DNA from: an uncultured Gammaproteobacteria bacterium
Lineage (GTDB): Bacteria > Patescibacteriota > Patescibacteriia > UBA1558 > 2-01-FULL-52-15
Reading direction: 5' to 3'
Length of the DNA: 64,000 nt
Assembly (NCBI GenBank): GCA_964540995.1
Contig: CAZIOU010000002.1
Location: 43,750 to 107,749 of the forward strand
Positions 22,301 to 27,231 of the stretch are shown piece after piece. Under the pieces are notes generated by a model, which saw nothing but the letters and a program-made list of their open reading frames with translations, searched no databases and was not told where the DNA came from. The position numbers were made by a program, and so were the translations under genes. Positions within the stretch are counted from its first letter, which is position 1. Every line of letters begins with the position of its first letter.

Positions 22301-22427
22301 TGGTACCAGAATCAAGAGGCGGTTCAAGCCCGACAGGTTGAGCTACAGCAATTACACTTGAATACAATAATCCCACAACTATCAAGATAGTAGCGGCAAA
22401 TATTCTAATATGAGTTAATTTCTTCAC
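13341..22427 (-). CDS. Giant (3028 aa) Cys-rich secreted/cell-surface protein
   Basis: Single uninterrupted 9.1-kb ORF with a GTG start overlapping the upstream stop (GTGA). It has an N-terminal signal/TM (IFAATILIVVGLLYSSVIAVA), very high Cys/Ser/Thr/Asn/Gly content and no TM segments after the N-terminus. Confidence 0.8.
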   Translation of the reverse strand: MKKLTHIRIFAATILIVVGLLYSSVIAVAQPVGLEPPLDSGTNLSGALGTIGAVAPGGIPVQDRQATIWQKITKQIDKVNQAIGYNILTSTLQVTLNRIALDTAKYIAEGNVGGTPFIRTKSFEGVWTDARDTAYGEFIGRLSDGYFEGLGLDLCEPSADVQARISLGIINDITPPSVKPRCEIRQVQKNWEQFGQTLNSGRWLTASLSDLSPDDKVNFFAEYLDPKNNDIGAFLKLNDLARQQAADKQELAKLNEATCRGYIDAKRPLSNDISHTCEQILNLHENAINDYIAEASLLKSENVFKQSAVLFTKTLTSRLMKRFISGSWSLADLNSNSGSTNLRDSLIAKLRSRVDLRRLGSASELLADLNTVDVQAIDNFDYVSEMGACPADTRIASQLNCTTDTGLVTAINNRETVREALDRGHLHANWPLVSYLNSSINGGKKCYQNSYCYSNISKMRSYRILPLGWEIAAALSPVGRPVTLGQVINCFENNGNCDLDAAANIYYHLIDPDWVLAAPLTQCKALVSGPSLEDVNSNQRQQVCVDRPSCLSEDDKGNCQSGYGYCTKERNVWRFAGTQCQEQYASCQVLVRRDNGAKYSYLTNTLATCDASQAGCTWYSKSQTNFGTATDPNYDWNPADRIYFNNNAASCPAEADGCQEYINPTSATANLVANSDFADYQANPSTDYSNPDWINDDKADTFVGWTGNGLQTFTSNEAAQFGPVGIRISGDGSLSTSALSGQVAGKAMTLSWFAKATTACQTQATISSATAPGSTVDVSYTDSWQRYQLTYTFGVDVPDTQVLAVLQSKVSCGSLFIDGVKVEFGTRATAYTTYGQSGTVYLSGQRSQCTAQEVGCSLYSPTNGDAVIPGVISQNDYCPTECVGYQTYAQLPTNFELAEGASATAKQINFIAKTAKACPATEVGCSEFTNLDEVAAGGEGKKYFSFLRQCVKADQGVTYYTLEGSDTSGFQVKTWQILPSNLATDQGPCTTIANGGSTCTDTAASQASCTAADMATNPNCREFFDTAGQSYFRLQDKVIFASNDCHPYRRSDGNQTYNGLASESRSCSASNVRCTEFRGNQSSNVRTIINDTFEGRATYAPWAGQGSGKIALSSEAASSGGHSLAVTAPGVVVYPLSNQLVAGREYYLSFWLKTSQNGAELRAYLGDTNGTQTKCGQGPCQFAVTTVATAGDWQLYKVGPLLIDQVVNPEAANLTLVPSASGTFIDNIILRESVSNLFLVRDSWKTPASCDLPFAGANLGCQLYKGTDNKNYALRSFSQICRQEAVGCQAVINTQNSNYPYEQVFNAGDKSQVTVPADSLEYVVVDSKKFCEPKYQGCQALGKPNINRNLPEQDPRYVRSYQTVFKINDPDQYSDQLCKNEGLYCQEYTGSDGVSHYYSDPGNRTCTYKDGVSINGVIQTGWFQTDSLEAGKSPVGCYSDNVTPLDDYKIYTAAENQFNNSAGLCPGSQNQCSEFIDTQATNGDNFLSNPTFNDPTGPKAKWGVWQSSGNALPLDQTFVANPQTASATLLSQPHGLALIFQRFFNTTKDVLGAKPINNADVYTISADVTVKNLNVGTQGKASAQVVMRCLWDSPYDKDYCATVVESGNSQYGTIVDYANTCITDSDCPGKEICYKKADGYCESATDMTQTPCSSNTQCASGYTCNLAIGYDTTDSRGNRRDHLTEFYAGADIQDKSTVQTLTATADLGSASQGDELVMCEPTFRLSLDCPSGGDCDNNSTPNEVQFSNLSLRKAQSYFYLNNKSIDDSSCNGQVSKNEGCILFSDPNDPVKQYNSFLTYFYSERANGKGVSPVVCDPSSADPILRACTNDANRIIKVSRDRQCAEWLTCKTSSQIFDTQTNSQRQICTEVALCDQYSSNNGSLNCAHWLPESTSKVDYSAYTTRDVRYDALDYSGYSLFNRYPVDHLRLVDVSINAAKNGPDAANPDFRLVRAENCTTAECNQLATNYGQLKCGTLDGKGQSTGAIFGVSGSPLCVNGIDGSRFDLTSPFVIKPTTRGFAETEAPFPQSVVSSNTGQQRRVKFGFQQANICDSAVASCEVGYYKLQYGSGGATRFYSLNASLGSGEISSCICQGGNLDGRSCTVIESNSDTKSSISDQCPGGNPTYLSRSDIFLNWGGYCLEPDLSSSINGSSSEYACLSWLPVDNAIGGIDYFNQNRDAGYNFKAPVYYCTEMQLVEDRYHWRTAPMKLKDVGDYYSKMNRDGSLSSSNATNGGMGGEWTHEEHIILPWKDNTGDAHDVYPIAAYRDPVTNKITSNCIDNPTILGWVRDDNVWIGYSEHCLGRYNGSTDYLSCTNSNSTCDGSRGDFIQAESWPRSLCTYLTAAVNERGDNAAKTNSFWANYRPDGKPFVVSLKTAGQGYTLDRDDTPFGAAVPGSGFVPQQFGALSVQDRGVVPRAGSPYACANDEADCRLLSDSKSDLYIKGWTHPSFGDSPSASIETKEWYVTGVNRLKQIYQKLFGIYRFEAGESCAYPVCSGGPFGGNRCGATGSINGECTLRYDRNNPTDQSKSNVCQTISNTCINSAWGTATSCSSCPAGWQVDLTTGGCYQLISPSEISCAVCTTGQGQCAKRCTSSDQALCISDSDCPANATCGQTSCERPQVDARSQCQVRESLTCNMQAQRCCSSRDASKCTVISCTHSFDDCDALAEAYDSKTFCAPAQGQYCVGVDFSDTSTTGVNQLTRVQSCATAITNNLGQRLNAGNEICQAPDAICKYANQVEVSINGGNDKRPYCTPIRDSYQPLCNPDTDPTCIAGSTQAIDEKALPLDASMSQSFAVRNANGTTIPQSQKDQIAAASRSSRYAQADFGPIIAQPVCSASSITCDLGPTSNFLVNDKSSGPIIENQSPTMLATVSFYASAYKDRMPLRSIEVDWGDGSRQANVGYYKNNWSVCDPTQIIRPNVSNPAFQTTMDFAGTSQGCDPTIRSYFHVYQYNVAFDGASSGISGCPAGYACYRPRARVQDNWGWCSNTAWGPVGQGCTGPAGNQAGYIFYGSSNDSMIQIKKPQS

Positions 22428-23197
22428 AGCAATGATTTGATTAAATCTTTCAGATCATCCGGCGACATGCGGTCAACTTCAGTCTGAGATACACCAGAAT
22501 CAACTAAAAATTTACGAATGTCTTTCTCATCCAGTGAATTAACATCGATCGGATCTTGTTGATCGTAGCTGACAATTGCGTCCATATAAGCAAATAGCTG
22601 TCGGTCATCAAGTGTCGCTAGCGTTTCAGCATCCATACCGCTATCTAGCAAAATCTGACGGAACTGTTTCAGCGTCGCTTCTTTCAAACTCACGTTCGTG
22701 GGTGAGAATTGGGGCAATAGATCGGATATTTTGACGTCCGGATTGATGAAGCGCACTCCGGTACAGGCACCTTTCTTCTGATCGCAGTTCGGATCGCTCC
22801 CCCGCTTCACTTCAGTACCGTCATCGACACCATCACTATCGGTATCTTTCAAATAAGGACTCGTACCATAGACATAAATCTCATCATAATCAGTCAAACC
22901 ATCGGCGTCCGTATCCTTCTTCTTCAGATCAGCAGCCACTTTGGTCGTATCTGTTGTTGAAGTAGCTGGTTTCAGAACATCAGCCACAGAAACATTGAAG
23001 GGGTGGGTGATACGATACTGTAATAACCAACCAGAAAGTCCCAAGATAACCACTCCACATAAGGCCAAAGCGCCAATAACAATTTTGGTCGCCTTATCAA
23101 GAGGCGCCCTACCGGCAATCTGAATTGTTTCTGGCTGTTCCAACACTTCAGTATCCTCTACTACTTCTGCCTGAAGATTAGAACGTTTAGTTGCCAT
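22424..23197 (-). CDS. Membrane-anchored protein with thrombospondin-type-3-like Ca-binding repeats
   Basis: The TM segment is IVIGALALCGVVILGLSGWLL. DxDxDGxxDxxE repeats are present (DTDADGLTDYDE, DTDSDGVDDGTE). Confidence 0.55.
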   Translation of the reverse strand: MATKRSNLQAEVVEDTEVLEQPETIQIAGRAPLDKATKIVIGALALCGVVILGLSGWLLQYRITHPFNVSVADVLKPATSTTDTTKVAADLKKKDTDADGLTDYDEIYVYGTSPYLKDTDSDGVDDGTEVKRGSDPNCDQKKGACTGVRFINPDVKISDLLPQFSPTNVSLKEATLKQFRQILLDSGMDAETLATLDDRQLFAYMDAIVSYDQQDPIDVNSLDEKDIRKFLVDSGVSQTEVDRMSPDDLKDLIKSLL

Positions 23198-23232
23198 GGG
23201 GACAACGAGAAAAGTGAATAAAAATTTTCTAT

Positions 23233-23241
23233 ATTATAGCA
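23233..23241 (-). promoter_or_regulatory. Extended -10 promoter (TGcTATAAT on the minus strand) for the operon of the Ca-binding protein, giant protein and VirB6-like protein
   Basis: Plus-strand attatagca has reverse complement TGCTATAAT, about 35 nt upstream of the ATG at 23197. A GGCGCC-GGA-GGCGCC hairpin lies just upstream and probably terminates rsmA. Confidence 0.45.
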
Positions 23242-23303
23242 TAAAGGCGCCGGAGGCGCCAAGTTTCAAATTCCAAATTTCCAGTTTCCAATTTGAATCT
23301 AAT

Positions 23304-24134
23304 TTAGTGCTTCAATTTCAGTGTTAAGGTCACCCATTCTTCCTTAGAAAGATCTTCCGCACGAACATTTACATTGACACCAGTAGCGGATAGCAATTTT
23401 TCTGCTTCAGTTTTAGTAATTTGCAATCCAGAGGCTAGATTATTGACCAATTTCTTACGTTTGGAGCTAAAACCAATACGAATCAACTGCCAGACCTCTT
23501 TCTCTGATGCGTCATAATCCCAACTATGAACATTATTAAGTCGCAAAATAGCTGAATCGACAGCTGGGACAGGCCAGAAAGATTTGGCCGGAACCTTCTC
23601 GATAATTTCTGGCTGTGAATAGAACTGCGCCGCCAAGGATTGCTTACTCATATCACCAGCCACAGCACAATATTTCTTGGCAACTTCTAGTTGAACCAAC
23701 AAGACTATTGACTGCGGTACTATTTCCCAAGTCAGTAACTGCTCGACTATCTTGCCAGTGATGTAATAAGGGATATTGGCCACTACTGAGTAACGTGAAC
23801 CTAATTCTTCGCTGATGTCGGAGAACTTTACTTTGGTAATGTCGTTGAGTAGCAAGTGAATATTGAGGTGCTGCTTCGGTAACTGCTTCAAGAAGGGTTC
23901 CAATCTACGATCAGACTCTACCGTAATCACTTTGGCTGCCTGTCCCGCCAATGCTTTGGTTAACGTACCCAAACCAGTACCTATCTCCAGTACCGTTTCG
24001 CTCGCCGTGACGCTTGCGGCCGCGACTATAGCATCAAGAACAGTTTCGGATATAAGAAAATTCTGACCCCGATCAGTGTCCGGTCGGAGTCGATATTTCT
24101 TGGCTAAATATTTTGTTTCTTCTAGTAAACTCAT
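23304..24134 (-). CDS. rsmA: 16S rRNA (adenine1518/1519-N6)-dimethyltransferase RsmA/KsgA
   Basis: QNFLISETVLDAIV...VLEIGTGLGTLT...VVANIPYYITGKIV. The start MSLLEE at 24134 overlaps the stop of the upstream MFS gene (ATGA). Confidence 0.85.
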   Translation of the reverse strand: MSLLEETKYLAKKYRLRPDTDRGQNFLISETVLDAIVAAASVTASETVLEIGTGLGTLTKALAGQAAKVITVESDRRLEPFLKQLPKQHLNIHLLLNDITKVKFSDISEELGSRYSVVANIPYYITGKIVEQLLTWEIVPQSIVLLVQLEVAKKYCAVAGDMSKQSLAAQFYSQPEIIEKVPAKSFWPVPAVDSAILRLNNVHSWDYDASEKEVWQLIRIGFSSKRKKLVNNLASGLQITKTEAEKLLSATGVNVNVRAEDLSKEEWVTLTLKLKH

Positions 24135-25300
24135 AGCATCATATACAGCAGCGACGTAACAGCGGCCGCTACGAAAGCCCAATTAAATCCTTGGTGTAAA
24201 TCCGGTACCAGCGAGAAGACTCCCAACAGTATCACGATCATAGCTAATTTGCCAACTACCAGTGATAACTCGAATTCTACCACTGTTTTCATCACGTTTC
24301 GACGCTTGGCGCTAGCATAGGATGAGGAGGTGAGTGCCACTGAAATAATATTTTTCAGTAACCAGGAGAGCGATCCAGCAGTGAAGACGCCACCAACAGT
24401 AGAGATGACCGTACGTAGGATCCAGGTCATCGAATAGAGCAGGCTACCCAAACGTAATATCGGTCGATGGTCACGATGCTTATCGGCAAATTTACCGGCA
24501 ATCAATGTCACGACTGTTGAGACCAGTACCATCAAGCCGATGACTAAGCCAATCTGAAAATCATCTTTGACCACAGTAGCGATAAAGATCGGCCAGACCA
24601 CCATGACGACATATTCTTCGGCATAGCCTAAGTAAGCAACTTTGAAACGCCACAGATTGGTAGAAAATAATTCGACATAGGTCCGCCAATAAGGAAATGA
24701 AAAGGGCACAAACTGTTCATCAGTACTCATCAAAGGCAAATTGGACAACAGGAAGATCAAAGCCACAATGATGAAGAGCCAACCATAGCCTCCGATAGAG
24801 ATCAGGTAGCCAGCTAAGATCGGTCCCAAGATAAATACCAGCGATGTAGCCACCGTCAGACTACTCACTTCTCTCGCTCGTTCTATAGAAGAAGCGTGCT
24901 GTGCGAAATCAGCATGAAAGGCCGGCCAGTAGAACATCTTCTGCAAAGCATAGAGTGCAGCCGCTAGATAAAATAGCTGATGGTTGTACTGGATGGCAAA
25001 TAAACAAACATACAGCAACGAGATAAATATGGTACTCAACTCAATACTTCGCTCGGTACCGAAGCGTCCAGCGAACTTAGCGCCCAAGGGAATAAGCAAG
25101 AAATACATACCGTACACTGCTAAGAAAAAGAGCATAATCTCAGGCAAACTATACCCAATCGAGTAAAGATAGATCGGTTCAAACATCTGCACCATCGCCA
25201 AACCAAAATTCATCAGAATCGTCGATGAATACAGCTCCTTCACTTCAGGGCTTAATTGGTGTGGCACGAACGTACCCAGATAACGAATTCGACGATGCAT
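24131..25300 (-). CDS. MFS-type transporter
   Basis: 389 aa with about 12 predicted TM helices and an MFS-like hydrophobicity pattern. Confidence 0.55.
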   Translation of the reverse strand: MHRRIRYLGTFVPHQLSPEVKELYSSTILMNFGLAMVQMFEPIYLYSIGYSLPEIMLFFLAVYGMYFLLIPLGAKFAGRFGTERSIELSTIFISLLYVCLFAIQYNHQLFYLAAALYALQKMFYWPAFHADFAQHASSIERAREVSSLTVATSLVFILGPILAGYLISIGGYGWLFIIVALIFLLSNLPLMSTDEQFVPFSFPYWRTYVELFSTNLWRFKVAYLGYAEEYVVMVVWPIFIATVVKDDFQIGLVIGLMVLVSTVVTLIAGKFADKHRDHRPILRLGSLLYSMTWILRTVISTVGGVFTAGSLSWLLKNIISVALTSSSYASAKRRNVMKTVVEFELSLVVGKLAMIVILLGVFSLVPDLHQGFNWAFVAAAVTSLLYMML

Positions 25301-25301
25301 A

Positions 25302-25913
25302 TTAATTAACGACGATAGGACCCTGCCTAAGGACCTTCAATGAGTTAGCGGTCAACTTGATAATAGTACTTGGGAATACTTCCGGCAAAACACCATAATC
25401 TAGTACCAAATCCGGCTGCGCTGTGCGACCTCGCATCTGAGCTAAGAAATGTTTGATATCATAGACAGCTGGTTGGCCCGAAACATTAGCCGAGGTAACA
25501 ATCAGTGCTCTCCCACTCAAACGACTAAGTGCCTGCGCAATAGGATGTGATGATACACGCAAGGCTAGCGTGCGACTCTTGAACTGTGTATGTTGTAACT
25601 TACTATGCTTCAATGGCAGTACCATTGTCAGTGGACCAGGCCAATGTTCTTTAGCCAATCGCTGCGCTCTGGCCGGAAACGTAACCAAAGATCGTGCTAC
25701 ATGTTCGTCTGGCACGATCACCGGTAAAATCTTGTCTTTGGGCCGCCCCTTAATCTCCAAAACTTTCTGATACGCCAAAGGAGAAAAAAAATCTCCTCCG
25801 AGAGCATAGGCAGTCTCGGTAGGATAGACAATCGTTCCTCCTCGATTGATAATTTCCAAGGCTTGATGAAGAACTTTGTTTTTATTTTGTGCCGTCAGCT
25901 TAATGACACGCAT
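25302..25913 (-). CDS. tsaC: L-threonylcarbamoyladenylate synthase TsaC/YrdC
   Basis: VYPTETAYALGGDFFSPLAYQKVLEIKGRPKDKILPVIV and WPGPLTMVLP are YrdC/Sua5-domain motifs. Probable start MRVIKL at 25913. Confidence 0.8.
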   Translation of the reverse strand: MRVIKLTAQNKNKVLHQALEIINRGGTIVYPTETAYALGGDFFSPLAYQKVLEIKGRPKDKILPVIVPDEHVARSLVTFPARAQRLAKEHWPGPLTMVLPLKHSKLQHTQFKSRTLALRVSSHPIAQALSRLSGRALIVTSANVSGQPAVYDIKHFLAQMRGRTAQPDLVLDYGVLPEVFPSTIIKLTANSLKVLRQGPIVVN

Positions 25914-26015
25914 GTCATTATTATAACACAATATAAAACCACCGATCACGCGCCTTATTATATACAAAACACCGGAAAACATTATTGTACCTCCGGTGTT
26001 TATGGGTACTGTAAT

Positions 26016-26297
26016 TTATAGAGCAAAAATCTTGGAGTCTTCGATAGCAATACCTTTAGCCTGCAATTCGCGTACCAGATTATGAACTGCTCTGTCGGTA
26101 CCCAGATAGTCCAATAATCCATGTTTAACTTTAGACATATCGTCGTTTAAAGATTGCAACTGTTCCTCAACCCCTTGAAAGCGTTTATTAACACGAGACT
26201 CAAAGCCATCGATACGATCGTTAATCGTAGCGCTGAACCGGGTCAGGGCGCTATCTAAAATAGTAGTTAGATCCTTTTTTGTGACGTATTCAGACAT
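26016..26297 (-). CDS. Small hypothetical coiled-coil protein
   Basis: 93-aa ORF with a heptad-like pattern. Confidence 0.4.
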   Translation of the reverse strand: MSEYVTKKDLTTILDSALTRFSATINDRIDGFESRVNKRFQGVEEQLQSLNDDMSKVKHGLLDYLGTDRAVHNLVRELQAKGIAIEDSKIFAL

Positions 26298-26455
26298 AGA
26301 GATATTATAAATAATTATATCCCTGTTTAGACGATACTAGCATAATATAAATTTATAGTGAAGATGAGCCGTCGGTTTCCACTCGTCACACGAGACGGGC
26401 GGTTTACATGACAACCTCATAATATCTTATGTTTTTTAGATTATTTAGAGATTCA

Positions 26456-26484
26456 TTGACAATATTCACATGTACATCTAATAT
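26456..26484 (+). promoter_or_regulatory. Sigma70-like promoter (TTGACA-17-TAATAT)
   Basis: TTGACA, a 17-nt spacer, then TAATAT, about 45 nt upstream of the GTG at 26532, followed by the Shine-Dalgarno GAGGAGG. Confidence 0.55.
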
Positions 26485-26531
26485 TGGCAGGCTTTTGTTC
26501 TTGAAAAACCTACTACTTACGAGGAGGTAAT

Positions 26532-27122
26532 GTGCCCCGATCTCACCCGCTTTTTGGTCGCAGAGATTTCACGGCCCGTGTCGACGCGAATCCCGTGATC
26601 TTCAAAGTTCGACGCCCAAGAACCCTTTCTCGATCAAAGAAAGCTAAAGGGAAAAAGACTCAGAAACTGCTAAGAATCCCGACAAGGTTCTGCTGTGATT
26701 CGGTCTCCGCTGTCATGCAGGCTCTTGATCTATTGGGGTTCCAGAATAATTGGATCACCCTGACTCAAGCAGGAGGTCGGCTGGTCTTGGCCTATCAGGG
26801 CTGGCTACCGTGGTTACCACCTAAGGCTCCGCTCCTCCTACCCTTCAAGGCGAGCGACCCTGAACCCGAAAAGAGGTTAGCCGAATTACTTGAACGTCTC
26901 TTCAAGCCCTTTGAGCTTCAAGGCTCAATGCGCTACCGCTCTCGTTATGAAGTGACAAGGGATATGGAGACTGCTGACCGGGATATGGATATTAGCCTCC
27001 TGGTTATTCTCAATGCGGCTCTATTCTGTGCTCCGGATATGCTTGAAGCGCTCACAAAGACTCTGACTGAGCTCGATAATATACCCATGCATGTTCAAGC
27101 CTCTGCCTTCGAGCCCGGATAA
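26532..27122 (+). CDS. Hypothetical protein, GC-rich relative to its neighbours (likely horizontally acquired)
   Basis: 196 codons open in a segment that looks about 55% GC by eye. GTG start 5 nt after GAGGAGG. Contains WLPWLPP. No motif recognised. Confidence 0.5.
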   Translation: MPRSHPLFGRRDFTARVDANPVIFKVRRPRTLSRSKKAKGKKTQKLLRIPTRFCCDSVSAVMQALDLLGFQNNWITLTQAGGRLVLAYQGWLPWLPPKAPLLLPFKASDPEPEKRLAELLERLFKPFELQGSMRYRSRYEVTRDMETADRDMDISLLVILNAALFCAPDMLEALTKTLTELDNIPMHVQASAFEPG

Positions 27123-27160
27123 TTGACCATCGCTTCTTTTCCGGCACTATATAAGCCCCT

Positions 27161-27191
27161 AACAAACATTTTGTTAGGGGCTTATTATTTT
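27161..27191. terminator. Long perfect hairpin (14-bp stem) between convergent genes
   Basis: aagcccctaacaaa-cat-tttgttaggggctt followed by tattatttt. A second imperfect hairpin abuts the leuS stop. Confidence 0.6.
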
Positions 27192-27231
27192 GTAAACCTA
27201 GTAGTCGCACATTATAATGCGCGACTACTTC

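Noticed and set aside
26532-27122. Possibility that the GC-rich 26.5-27.1 kb region is an RNA gene (RNase P RNA or tmRNA) rather than a CDS
   Set aside because: A minus-strand TCCGGGCTC-gaAGGCAG resembles the RNase P P4/P5 5' strand, and a GGATTCGCGTCGAC segment resembles a tmRNA 5' motif. However, the matching 3' elements (ACAGAAnCCGGCTTA, or a T-arm plus CCA) are missing. The plus strand keeps a 196-codon open frame with a strong Shine-Dalgarno and promoter, which is very unlikely by chance at this GC content.
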